Source: Dictyostelium discoideum
Lineage: Eukaryota
Direction of reading: 5' to 3'
Length of the DNA: 64,000 nt
Assembly (NCBI GenBank): GCA_000004695.1
Contig: CM000155.2
Coordinates: forward strand, 1,440,001 to 1,504,000
This document shows, piece by piece, positions 1 to 14,103 of the stretch. Position 1 is the first letter of the stretch; each line of letters begins with the position of its first letter. A program made the position numbers and the translations under genes. The notes beneath the pieces were generated by a model. That model ran no database searches, was not told the origin of the DNA, and saw only the letters and a list, made by a program, of their open reading frames with translations.

Positions 1-245
1 ATCGTGCTGCCACCATGAAAGATCTCTCTGAATTTTATTTAGCCTCATCCTTATGGACTGGTTTATATCAAAACAGAGCCTCTGAAATGGCTGCTCGTAT
101 GGTTGCTATGGATAACGCTTCAAAGAATGGTGAATCTATTTCTCAAGCTCTCGGTCTCCAATATAACAGAGCTCGTCAAGCTATGATTACCTCTGAATTA
201 ATTGAAATCGTTTCTGGTGCCAGTGCAATTGAATCAAGTGATTAA
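1..245 (+). CDS. atp5C1: 3' end (C-terminal ~80 aa) of the mitochondrial F1 ATP synthase gamma subunit. The CDS starts upstream of the window.
   Basis: The frame is open from nt 1, and the tool ORF is 15..245. The translation '...ARMVAMDNASKNGESISQALGLQYNRARQAMITSELIEIVSGASAIES' matches the conserved gamma-subunit C-terminus (AMDNASKNA...YNRxRQAxITxELIEIxSGAxAL). The stop is at 243-245. Confidence 0.8.
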   Translation, partial: RAATMKDLSEFYLASSLWTGLYQNRASEMAARMVAMDNASKNGESISQALGLQYNRARQAMITSELIEIVSGASAIESSD

Positions 246-873
246 ACAAATTTTATTTAAATATAATTTTTTAAAAAAAAAAAAAAAAATAATAACTTTT
301 AAAAAAAAAAAAAAAAAAAAAAACTTATCCCTATAAGGTACTTTTAATTTAAAAAAATACATAAAAAAAAATGATATATATAATAAATACAAAAATAATA
401 ATAAAAAAAAAAAAAAAAAAAAAGTAATAATATTGTAAAATCTGTTTTATTTATTTATTAATTTATTTATATATTTATTTATTTATTTATTTATTAATTA
501 ATTTATTTATTTATTTATTTATTTATTTGTTTATTTTTTTTGTTTTTTTATTTTTTTTATTTATTGGTTTATTTATTTTTTTATTTTTTTGTTTTTTTAT
601 TTTTTTTATTTTTTTTTTTTTTTTGACATTTTATTTATTTCCTTATATAATATCAAGGGACATTATTTCATTTCGCGAGGATTCAGATGTTCATACCTAT
701 CAAAACAGTGTTATTGAAATAAGGTTACGCTAAAATATATTTTTTTTTTAATTTTAAATTGTTATTTTTTTTTTTTTTAAAAGTTAGATTTTTTATTTGA
801 AAAAAAAGTTAATGGCAACAAAACTCATCATTTTTTTTTTTTTTTCTTTTTTGATGTAAGGAAAAAAAAAAAG

Positions 874-905
<32 letters not shown>

Positions 906-1125
906 TAATAACAAAAAATAAAATAAAAATTAATTAAAAAATAAAAAAATAAAAATCAAATATATTTTTTTTTTACCTCATTAATAATTATTTGGGTAGT
1001 TTATTATTATCATTATTATTATTATAATTATTTTTTATTTTTCATTTATTTTTTATTTTATTTTTTTTATTATTTTAAACACACAATTTTTAAAAATTTT
1101 ATCCCTACCCAGATAAAAAAAAAAA

Positions 1126-1295
1126 ATGTACAATAATAATCAAAACCACCATAATAACGATAACAATATGAACAAAGATGAACCAACAACAATTTACCCA
1201 GAATTTATATCAATTTCAAATGAGATTAAAACTAATGGATCAACCAATTCTTATTTAAATAATATTAGAAGGGAAATGCTATCAATGGTTAATAG

Positions 1296-1376
<81 letters not shown>

Positions 1377-1986
1377 CAGTATAGTTATAAATATGGACAC
1401 AATTAATAATAATAATAATAGTAATAATATTGATATTAATAAAAGTGGATACAGCCAAATTAGTAATACAACATCAAATGATAATTTAAATAAAACTTTA
1501 CTTGGAAATAATGAAATTTCTCAAATTAATGATATAGATGATGATTCTTCACCAGAGTGCGTTTGTTAATTTAATTTATTTTTATTTTTTAATAAGAAAC
1601 AAAGAAATCGTTCATTTTATACTAACAATAATTATTTATTATTAAAAAAAAAAAAAAAAAAAAAAAATTATTAAATTATATGAATAGATTTATAAAATAT
1701 AAAAAATTTATAAGTTCACTTTCATATATAACATTTATTGGAGCGGCAATTGTTTTAATTAACCAAAAAAAAAGTGTATATATTCAATTTCATGCGTATC
1801 AATCATTTTATATTTCAATGGGTGTAATAGGATTTCAATTTTTATTAATATGGTCAGATATATTATCAATTATTTTATGGTCTTTATACCTATTATTTAC
1901 AATATTTATGTTTTTAAAAGTTTCATTTGGAGGTAGGTTATTTCTATTTTTTTTAATTTTTAATTATGATTATTAATTTTAAAACT

Positions 1987-2026
<40 letters not shown>

Positions 2027-2399
2027 ATTTATAATAATAATAATAAAAATAATAATAAATAGGCTATGGTAATTCAACAATATATAAATTACCAATTATA
2101 GGTAATCTATCAGAACAAAAGGCAAAATTAAGATCACAGGAATATTCAAGATATTTTAAATACCATGAAGATTTATTTATTAAAGAATTAAGAGAACATA
2201 AACAAGCATTAATTCATCAATCAAATTTAAATAGAAATAATAATAATAGTAATAATGTAAATAATAATGGCCATCAAAGAATTAATTCAAATTCAAGTAG
2301 TGTAGTGATGAGTGGTGATGTTGAATCAATGTTAAATAGCAGTGGAAGTAATAGTAGTATTTATTCTGATGTTCAAAATGATATTGGCACCAATGAGGA

Positions 2400-2403
<4 letters not shown>
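1126..2403 (+). CDS. Putative 3-exon gene for an Asn-rich protein with 2-3 transmembrane helices, function unknown. Approximate exons are 1126..1556, 1688 (or ~1710)..1932 and 2063..2403.
   Basis: The tool ORFs are 1126..1569 and 1680..1976. Exon 1 is an Asn-rich ORF starting 'MYNNNQNHH...'. Exon 1 can end at donor GA|GTGCGT (phase 2). The intron contains a TACTAAC branch-like motif, and the acceptor is ...gaatag| or ...tataag|. Exon 2 encodes hydrophobic helices (ITFIGAAIVLI..., LLIWSDILSIILWSLYLLFTIFMF) and ends at GGA G|GTAGGT (phase 1). The acceptor aataaatag|GC at 2061-2062 opens exon 3, 'GYGNSTIYKLPIIGNLSEQKAKLRSQEYSRYFKYHEDLFIKELREHKQ...GTNEE*'. The phases are mutually consistent, but there is no homology anchor. 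Confidence 0.4.
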
Positions 2404-2444
<41 letters not shown>

Positions 2445-2489
2445 AATTGTAAACATATATTAATATTACAAAAAAAAAAAAAATACCCA

Positions 2490-2536
<47 letters not shown>

Positions 2537-2667
2537 ATGTAAATAAATATTTGATTAATTAAAAAATGAATAAATTTTATTATAATTACAAATAAATAGT
2601 TTTTTTTTTTTTTTTTTTAAAAAATGAAGATATTATTATTATTACTGTTTTTTTTTTTTTTTTTTAT

Positions 2668-4348
<1,681 letters not shown>

Positions 4349-4397
4349 TTTTTTGGGAAGTAGCTTGCTTTTTTAAAAAAAAAACTTTAATGATACC

Positions 4398-4428
<31 letters not shown>

Positions 4429-4792
4429 AAAAAACAAAAGGAAAAAAAAAAAAAAAAAAAAAATCTTTTTTTTATTTTTTTTTTTTATTTTTATTTTAAT
4501 TTTTAAATATTTTTTTTTTTTTTTTAGTGGGTGCAAATATATGATAAACTAAGGTGTAATTAAAAAACAGAAATATTATTTATTTTAATTTTGGTGGTTC
4601 ACATTTTTTTTAAAATAAAAAAAAAAAAAAAAAAATTAATATTAATTTCATTGCAATTATTCAAAAATTCTTATCTTTTATCGAGTTCCTAAACTAAAGG
4701 AATTTATTATTTTTATTTATTATTATTTTTTTTATTATTAATTATTAATTATTTATTGCTATTTTTTTTATTTATCTTTCCATTCAAAATGT

Positions 4793-4837
<45 letters not shown>

Positions 4838-4956
4838 TAATTATAAAATAAATAAATTAATTAAACAATAACAATTATTAAAAAATTAAGATTTATATCT
4901 AGTAAATCTTTTTTTCTTTTTTTTTTTTAAAAAAAAAATATAATAATTTTAAAAAT

Positions 4957-5993
4957 TTATTTAAAATATAATTTATTATTTAATAAATTAAAAGGACAAC
5001 CTGAAATTGAGGTATTATTTGAACCTGATTTTCCATTTAAACCAACCAAATTACATTTTATATCGATTTCATTATTTGAAGTTGTAATTTTGAATGGAAT
5101 TGAAAAGGGTAACATATTGACCTCTAATAATTCAAGGTCATCACCACCTTGACCAACGGTGAAACTTTTAACATTTAATTGATTTACAATTTGAGTTGGT
5201 AAATTTTTATTTGTTGTTAATCTACATTTAATAACACCACTAATTTGATTTATACCAGTGATACTAGTATTATCTAAATATAAATCATCTAAATAAAATA
5301 GAGATGATAATAGTCTACTACACATCGAATTAAATAATTGATTATTTAATAAATATGATCTAACATCACTCTTTAATAATGATTTTAAATTTTCATCAAT
5401 AATTGAACTTGCTAATATTGTTTGTGGTTTCAATTCAACATTTAATCTATTAAATAATGTTGTTGATTTATTATTATTTTGATATGAATTTACCATTTCA
5501 TTAAATAAATCACCACAATTATCAAAATTATTATTATTATTATTATCAATAATATTATTATTACTGTTATTATTATTAATATTATTAATATTATTTAAAA
5601 GTGTATTATTACTACTACCAATTGATGAAAATAAATCAATATTATTATGTGGCCAAATTGTTTTAATCTCTTCTAATGCTAATTTACATGGATTATTTGT
5701 TAAATTACCACCATCTCTAAATTTCTCATTTCCAAATTTATATGATGGAAATAAAGTTGGTATTGCAGTAGTTGCAGCGGCAGCATCTGATATTGATGAA
5801 TTTTTAATTTCTTTTATTCCATCAACTGTTGGAATTTTATTATAATTTGAACCAATTGAAAATATACATGGTGTTAATTTAATTGATGATCGATTATTTG
5901 AATTGTTAACACCACCAACAACATTTGTAGTTTTAATTATATTTTCTTCTAAACATGATACCACTGCAACTTTAATATTTGAATTTATAAAAA

Positions 5994-6024
<31 letters not shown>

Positions 6025-6771
6025 GTTATGATTATTATTATGAAGAAAATTATGAACATGATGATAATGATTATTATTATTATGATTATTATTTTGATTA
6101 ATTTGATTATTTTGATTATTAATTTGATTATTATTTAATGAGTATCTATGAATATGAGAATTATTAAATTCATGTTGTAATACTTTTGTAAATTTATCAG
6201 ATTTATATTTATTCTTTTTTGAAAATAGATAATTATTAATTTTAATTGGACTATTTGATTTAAATACTTTTCTTGATAGTTTTTCAAATAGATCAATTGT
6301 TTGATTTGGTGTTTTATTAGCGGCCAATGCTAACAAAGTTATACCACCACTTGATGATCCAATAACATAATCAAATAATTCACTAATTGGTATCCCATAA
6401 AGTTGTTTTTCAATTTCGTCTAAAATACAACATTGAACTATACCACTTTTACTAAATCCAAAATTACTACTAATATTACAATTATTATTATTATTTAAAT
6501 TATTATTATTATTGTTATTTAAATTATTATTACTATTATTATTATTATTATTTAAATTATTATTATTATTATTATTAATATTATTATTATTATTATTAAT
6601 ATTATTATTATTATTAATGGTACAATTATTATTTATATTATTATTATTATTGATACTATTTAAAGTGTCAATATTATTGCATCCATCTAATGATAGTACT
6701 CTTATTCCCATAGATGGTTTTAAACTATTGTTATTGTTATTAATATTATTATTATTATTAATATTATTATA

Positions 6772-6803
<32 letters not shown>

Positions 6804-7531
6804 GATAATAATTTAAATTACTATTATTTTTTATAGCATTTACACCAGTTAAATCTTTTGGACAAATTGTACAATTACCATTTTGTTCAATTGAACAATA
6901 TGAACAAATTACATGACCACATGGTGAACATTCAATTGAAGGTACTGATAATAAACAACCAAAACAAACTTTAGTTGAATTAATTATATCAGTTTTCCCA
7001 TCACAATTATTTACTTGATCAAGATATTGGTTAATCATATTAAATGATAATTTATCTAATTCTGTATTTAAGAAACTTGATAAATCTGTAAATGTTATAA
7101 CTGATTGAAAATCACCACTCCAACTAACTGTAAATGGTACTTTAAATTTATTTTGTTGAATTTTATTTGTAGATGAACTTGTATTTGAAGTTGTAGTACT
7201 AGTATTACTATTTGAGTTGGACTGTTGTTGTTGTTGTTGTTGTTTTAATTTTTGTTGTTGTAATTGATTTTGTTGTCTTTTAAATCTCCAACATGATAAA
7301 AATGAAGTTGGTTTTTCAATTATCATTTGATTTCTTTTTGTATGATGAAATTCATGATTTGATTTTGGATTATCACAACTAACCATAATACCATTATTAA
7401 TTATTGTTGAATTACATGGAATAAAACCTTGAATATATTCTGAAACATTAATTAAAACATCATTAAATTGTTTTGAAATTTCTTTTTTATTACTTTCACT
7501 ACCATTACTATTATTTTTACTATTGTTGATT

Positions 7532-7590
<59 letters not shown>

Positions 7591-8515
7591 TGAGGAGTTT
7601 AAAGAATTTATTGAGATTAATTCTTCATATCTTCTATTAAATCTTAAGAAAACCTCAACTAATCTATTCATTACTTCACTAATTGATTTTTCATAAATTT
7701 CAACTTTAGTAATTGGGATTATTGGTTGAATATTTCTTGGTGTTGGTAATGGTGATGGTAAATAAAAACCATTATTACCATTATTAGCATTACCATTATT
7801 ATTTGTATTTGTTGAATCAATAGTTTGTAATTGTTGTTGATATTGTTTTTTATAAAGGTTATAATGTAAATCAAAATATGATTTTAAATATGATTCCAAT
7901 GAATTATATGCATTACTTAATAATTTACTATTATAATTTGATGCTGATGAAGATGAGGATGAACCAATATTATAATTATTTGAATTATTATTTGTAAAAT
8001 AACTACCACTTGTACTAAATGTTGAATATCTATAATTATTACCAATTGTTAAATAATCATAATCAAAATTCTTTAAATATTTAAATGAAGGATATGATGA
8101 ACTAATTGCATTATTTTGTGTTGGTGTATATGATGAAGTTGCTGATGTACTTTTTTGTAATTTTGGTGTTAAAGCATCATTATTAATTAAATTATCATTA
8201 TTATTATTATAATTATTATTATTATTAGAACAATTTGTTGTTGTGGTTGTTGTAGTAGTGGTAGGTTGTTGTGGTTGTTGTTGTTGTTTAACATTTGATA
8301 ATGATAGAGGTGGACAACTGGATATAATCTTGGTGATGGCAATGTTGGTGATGAGTAAGAGTATGATAATGAAGATGGGGTTAACATTCTTTCAATTTTT
8401 TTCATTTTTCCTAATTTATTTTCTTCTTTTTTACTACCACTATGATTATTATTACTATTATTACTATTAGTAGTAGTGGTAGTTGTAGGAGTAGAAGTAT
8501 TGTTATTATTGTTAA

Positions 8516-8579
<64 letters not shown>

Positions 8580-9426
8580 AGTACCGATATTAATAATTGG
8601 TTTAATAATTGTTTTATTTGATTTTAATTCATTGTCAATTGGTTTTTGTTGATTTATTAAACTTTCATTTATAATTGATTCGATTGATTTTAAATTGATA
8701 TTTGATACAATTGATGTTGATCTTGATGGAGGAGTTGGATGAGATGGTAATGGAGAACAAGGTTGTTGTGGTGATGAACATATATTAATTGAAATTGATC
8801 TATTTCTTGGAGGAGTTAATTGAATTGGAGTAATTTGTCTTTTTAATGAAGGTGATGGTATTGGATAAGGTTCTGAAATTGTTAAAATTTCATTTGGTTT
8901 TGATTGTTGAACAGCTTGTATTTGTTCTTGTTGTGGTTGTTGTTGTTGTTCTTGAATATCATTATTTGTTAGAACATTATTTAAAATAATTGGAGATGGA
9001 AGAGATATTGAAATCTCATCCATTGTTGATATTGGTGATGAAATTGATGTTGATAATGATTCATTAAGATCACTTGATGATAAATATGGTGATGGTATTG
9101 GTTCATCCATTAATTCTTTATTTTCATCAACATCAACAATAACATTTTCATTTACTTTTCTATTATTATTTATATTATCTTTTTCATCATCTTCATTTTT
9201 ATTATCATTGTCACTCACTAAACATATATCAATATTGTGATTATAATTTTTAATTAACCCGTTGTCGTTTTCATTTATAATTTGTAAATTAATATTATTA
9301 TTTTCAATATTTTCATTATTTTCATTATTTGTAAGGTTACTATTTTTTATATTATTATTATTATTATTAATATTATTATTATTAATATTATTAATATTAT
9401 TATTTAAATTATTACTATTTTTATTT

Positions 9427-9476
<50 letters not shown>

Positions 9477-9892
9477 TATAATATTAATATCATTATTATT
9501 ATTATTTATTGATAATAAATTTGGAGATTTTAGATTTTCAAATTCTTTTATAATATTTTTAACAGAGTTAGATGACAAGCTATGTCTATGACTTGGAAGG
9601 TGGACTTTGTTTATATTGTTTTTATTATTATTATTATTACTATCAATATTATTTTCATTATTTTCATTACTTGTAGGGTTAAATAAATTTGAATAATTTA
9701 ATAATTCATCAGATTTTTTAAAAAATAAATATAAGGTGGGGTCAGAATTTGTTGATATTGGGTCTTGGATTAATGGGAGTGAGTTTGATTTTTTATTTTT
9801 AGTAAAAAAATTTATATTATTAATGGTGTTAAAATTATTTTGAGTTATAATATTATTTTCAATTTCCTTTATTCGATTTTTTACACTATTAT

Positions 9893-9924
<32 letters not shown>

Positions 9925-10121
9925 TTATTAAAATTCGTTTTTGTAAATTCACTCCCATTACAATTACTTGAAGATATTTGATTTGGTTGGCGATTATTGA
10001 TTATATTTTTAAAATTATTATGGGATGTATATAAATAAAGTTGTGATGTATGATTTTGGGTTTGTGTGTGATTTTGTAGACTTTGAGATTTAATTTTATT
10101 TTTATTTTCATTTGATACCAT
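4957..10121 (-). CDS. Large N/Q-rich gene encoding a patatin-like phospholipase (iPLA2-type) domain and a Cys-rich RING-like zinc finger. It is probably one gene of ~1600 aa with a frame discontinuity or short intron near 8190-8330.
   Basis: The tool ORFs are 8187..10121 (644 aa, ATG at 10121 after AT-rich intergenic sequence) and 4957..7899.

The patatin-like features are a GxSxG-like 'VIGSSSGGITLLALAA' and a catalytic-Asp motif 'RDGGNLTNNPCKLALEEI'. The zinc finger is 'CFGCLLSVPSIECSPCGHVICSYCSIEQNGNCTICP'.

The 980-aa ORF's frame stays open upstream of its reported start. Position 7899 is a TTG used by the tracker, not an ATG, and there is no in-frame ATG for >200 codons. The frame overlaps the end of the 644-aa ORF in a different frame across ~8190-8330. 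So the two pieces are most likely joined, either by an intron (e.g. donor CAAAT|GTTAAA ... acceptor acaaaaaag|T, phase-consistent) or across a frameshift. Confidence 0.55.
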
Positions 10122-12253
10122 TTTTTTATTTTTTTATTTTTTTATTTTTATTTATTTTTTTTATTTATTATATTATATTATATTATTTATTTATTTCAAA
10201 GTAAATTTATAATTTTTTTTTTTTACAACTATAATATTTATTTATTTATTTATTTTATTTTATTTATTTTATTAAAAATATGTATAGTTCAGAAAATAAA
10301 GAGTTGTTTTTTTTTTTTATTTTTTATATGTTTAGGTAGTTTTTTTTTTATTTTTTTTTTTTTTATTTTTTTATTTTTTTTAGGATATGGACTGTTATTA
10401 TAAATAAAAAAAATTTTTCTTATTTTTTTACAATGGAGGGGGTATTATTATTTATGGATAATTAAAATTTATTCTATTTACAAGTATATATAAAAAAAAA
10501 ATTATTAAAAAAAAAATTTATTTATTTTAAAAATAAATAGACATAAAAAAAAAAAAAAAATAATAATAAAAAAAAAAAGATAATAATAAAATTAAAAAAA
10601 AAAAAAAAAAAAGGATAAATTAAATTTGAAAAGATGTATTTATATGGTAGTATGATATAAATTAAGAAAAAAATTAAAAAATTGAGAAAAATGATGTATC
10701 ACCACACACACACACACACAAAAATACAGATATTGTTATTTTAACACGAAAATAAACACACCCACATTAAAACAAATATATTATTAACGTAACAACAAAA
10801 TAAAAATAACAACAAAATAAATTATTTTTTGATGAATGACAATAAAAAATTGTTTTTTTGGATTATTAAGAGAATCAAAAAAAAAAATTTTTTGAGAAAA
10901 AAAAAAAAAATTAAAAAATACAAAAAAATATGAAAATATTAAAGTTTTTTGAAATTTTGTTGATTGGTTGCAAAGAAGTTATTTTAAGTATCTTTGATGC
11001 AACTGAAAAAATAAAAATTCGAATTTTCTGAATTCTTTTTTTTGTATGGCATTAAATTTTTTTTTTTTTGAACATGAAATACTTTATATTTAATTAATTT
11101 TATGGAAATAGTAATATATTGTTAAAAATAATAGAAAAAAATAAACCTTTGGTAAAAAATTGTTTTTGTAAAAAATTATAAAATTATTAAATTAAAAAAA
11201 TGAATGAATTAAAATTTTTTATTAATTTTTATATTTTTAGAAAAAAAGATTTTATGAAAAATTAATTTTAAAATTAAAAAATATTATTAAAATTAGAAAA
11301 ATATTATTAAAATTATTATTATTATTATTATTATTATTATTTTTAAAAATGGAAATAAAAAAAAAATAAATAAAAAAAAAAAAAAAATAAAAACAAAAAA
11401 AAAAAAAAAAGAAAAAAATAATTTTTTATATATATATTAAAAAAAAAAAAAAAATAATAATAAAATAAAATAAACCACTGGTTTTAGTGGTTGTTTTATT
11501 AAAAATTCCAAATTTGAAAAAAAAAAATATAAATATATTTATAGCACTCTAAATACTGAATCACAGAATTAAAATATTTTTGGATAGGTGGGCAGGATAT
11601 AAATATTAATATATTAGGAAACTTTTATTTTTTCAAATTAAAAAAAAAAAAAAAAAAAGAAAAAAACAAAATGAATATATAAATAAATAAAAAAAACAAT
11701 AAAATTAAAATAATAATAAAAAAAAGAAAAGAAAATGATGATATTAACAATAACAAATTTTAAATATATGGTTGTTATATGCAAGAACGAGTTTGTTTTT
11801 TTAAATTTTTTTTCTTTTTTTTTTTTAGTTGCTATTCAATAGATATAATGAATAAAAACATTATAATTCTAATAATGATGATATTAATAATAAAAATTAT
11901 TATTATTATTTTATTTTATTTAATTTTTTATTTTTTCCTATTCATTTATTTATTTATATATTTATTTATTCAGAAAGTTATTGTTAATATTGCACCTACA
12001 AAATATTTGTATAAATATATTTTTTTTAAGTTTGATTGTTGTGTGACATTCATCTTTTTTTTTTTTTTTTTTTACATGATTTGTTTTGTTGGTGGTAATG
12101 ATGTTATTAATGATGGTGGTGGGATGGCGATTTGATACCGCTTGAAAAAAGTGGGTTATTTTATTACATAGGGTGTGTGCGATTGGGTGAATTTTGTGTG
12201 GAGTTAATTAATTGTATTCTTGAATTGTTTATTTTTATTAGCATTTGTACAAT

Positions 12254-12291
<38 letters not shown>

Positions 12292-13607
12292 ATGTTTTAA
12301 TGGTAATTTTTTAATTGTTTCTCATTCTTTGATTTTGGGTAAAATGTTTGGATTGCAATAAGTATACCACAAAATTTATGAAGAGAGAAAGAGAGAGAAA
12401 TGAGAGTGTGAGAGTGTGAGAGTGTGAGAGGTTTATTTTTACCACAACAGAAACCCCCAATTTTTTATTAATTTAATTTTTATTAATTTATTAAATATAA
12501 TTATATTAGTGGTTAATTTTATACAAATTGTATAAAAAATTAAAATTAATTAATTTTTTAATTAAATCCAATTGCTATAAAAAATTTTATGTTCCAACAC
12601 CAATCGGAAAAAAATAAATTAATTTGAGATTCTATCTGAAATATATAGTACTATATTACTTGTGCGAATAAGGAAGGATATTTTTTATTATTTTTTTTTT
12701 TTAAACTTTTTGACCAAACCCTTTTTTCTTTATCCTTTTTTTTGTTTCAAAAATATGATGAATTTCCATTTTTATTTAATAGATTTAAGGTGTTCATTTT
12801 ATTTGTGATACCATTTATAATAATATATGAAAAACTTTTTTAAACCAAAAAGATGGAAAAAATTAAAAAATTGATTTTTTTGAGTTTTTTTTGTGTGTTT
12901 GTCTATTCATTTATTAATAGTAATTTATCTATAATTAGATTTCAATTTTATTTTTTTTCTTAAATTTTTAAAAAAAAATAAAAAAACTTTAAATCACTTA
13001 AAAATTTATTTTCCGTAGTTTGGAGATTTTAAATTTAGAGTGAAAAGTATTTTTTAAAATATTAATAATTTGAGTGATCATGATCTAGATGATGGTGTTA
13101 ACAATAATAAAATTTACAATTAAATCCACAGTAATTTGATCTTAACAATTTTAATTTTTTTTTTTTTTTTATTTTTTTTTTTTTTAATATTTATTAATCA
13201 GAGTTTATCAATTAAAGGAAATAACAATAAATATTCGATTTATTTATGATTTTGATTTTATAATGCAATTTTTATTATTTTTAATTTAAATTATCTAATA
13301 AAATATAATACTGTTATTTTTTTTTTTTTTTTTTTTTTTTTTTACCAAATCTAGGTATTGGGCAAAAATAGAAGTTTATTTGGGGCTTTGTTTTATATAT
13401 TTTAAAAGATTTCTGTATTCCAACCTCATTCCTTATAAAATAGAGTAACTGTTAAGAAATTTATTTAAAATTCTAACACTTTTAAAATCATTTAATTTTA
13501 TTATTTAGTTTCTTGAATTCTAACACTTTTTAGTTTTTGATCAAAAATTATATATGTAAGAAAAAAATTATATATAAAATTTGCTGTTTAAAACAAAAAA
13601 TTTCATC

Positions 13608-13680
13608 GGTTTTATAGTGTAATTGGTTAGCACCCAGGACTTTGAATCCTGTAATCTGAGTTCGAGTCTCAGTAGAACCA
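13608..13680 (+). tRNA. tRNA-Gln (anticodon UUG), 73 nt, with no intron and no encoded CCA.
   Basis: A cloverleaf is readable in GGTTTTATAGTGTAATTGGTTAGCACCCAGGACTTTGAATCCTGTAATCTGAGTTCGAGTCTCAGTAGAACCA.

The acceptor stem GGTTTTA pairs with TAGAACC (one G-U pair). The D-arm carries AGTGTAATTGGTTAGCAC. The anticodon stem CAGGA/TCCTG has loop CTTTGAA, giving anticodon TTG. The T-arm is CTGAG-TTCGAGT-CTCAG. The discriminator is A, and an oligo-T run (Pol III terminator) follows at 13681-13689.

The coordinate is ±2 nt. Confidence 0.85.
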
Positions 13681-13712
13681 TTTTTTTTTAAAGTTGGAGG
13701 AAATACGTCGAG

Positions 13713-13723
13713 GGTTCGAATCT
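13713..13723 (+). promoter_or_regulatory. External B-box (exB), GGTTCGAATCT, ~33 nt downstream of the tRNA-Gln gene.
   Basis: The sequence 'cgAGGGTTCGAATCTaaaa' is a near-perfect copy of the Pol III B-box/T-loop consensus (GGTTCGAATCC), placed just 3' of the tRNA. Dictyostelium tRNA genes are known to often carry such an extra downstream B-box. No cloverleaf can be built around it, so it is not a second tRNA. Confidence 0.5.
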
Positions 13724-13812
13724 AAAATACCTCTTCAACAACTACAACAATTACAACAACTAAAATAAAAACTCGTATTAACACAGATGGACATATCAAT
13801 CTTGTTAATCCA

Positions 13813-13846
<34 letters not shown>

Positions 13847-14065
13847 TAAAATAACCACAAAACCAAAATAAAAACAAAATAAAACAAAACCAAAATAAAA
13901 CAAAAGCAAAAAGAAAAACATCAAAAAATAAATTAAAAAATACAAATCAATTAAGTTTTGATTATTTTTTAAAAAAAATATTAAACAATTTATTTAAAAA
14001 TTTTGACTAAATTTATTCTAAACTATTCGTTTATCAATTAATACATTTTTTTTTTTTTTTATTTT

Positions 14066-14102
<37 letters not shown>

Positions 14103-14103
14103 A

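Noticed and set aside
527-733. 68-aa ORF made of Phe/Leu/Ile runs.
   Set aside because: It is a translation of the (TTTA)n/(T)n simple sequence in an intergenic A/T tract, with no codon structure.
6512-6772. Plus-strand poly-Leu ORF, with similar ones at 8243..8470, 9262..9591, 3853..4143 and 3970..4170.
   Set aside because: It is antisense to the AAT/CAA-rich coding sequence of the minus-strand genes, and the reverse complement of (AAT)n reads as poly-Leu/Ile. It is a low-complexity artefact.
10122-13600. Possible hidden gene or transposon in the 3.5-kb gap upstream of tRNA-Gln.
   Set aside because: No ORF above noise in any frame. Only simple repeats are present ((CA)n at ~10700, (GAGAGT)n at ~12370) together with homopolymer tracts. 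No LTR/TIR structure or RT/integrase-like coding potential is visible.
13690-13740. Possible second tRNA immediately downstream of tRNA-Gln.
   Set aside because: Only a B-box/T-loop-like 11-mer is present. No D-arm, anticodon arm or acceptor pairing can be built. It is interpreted as an external B-box.
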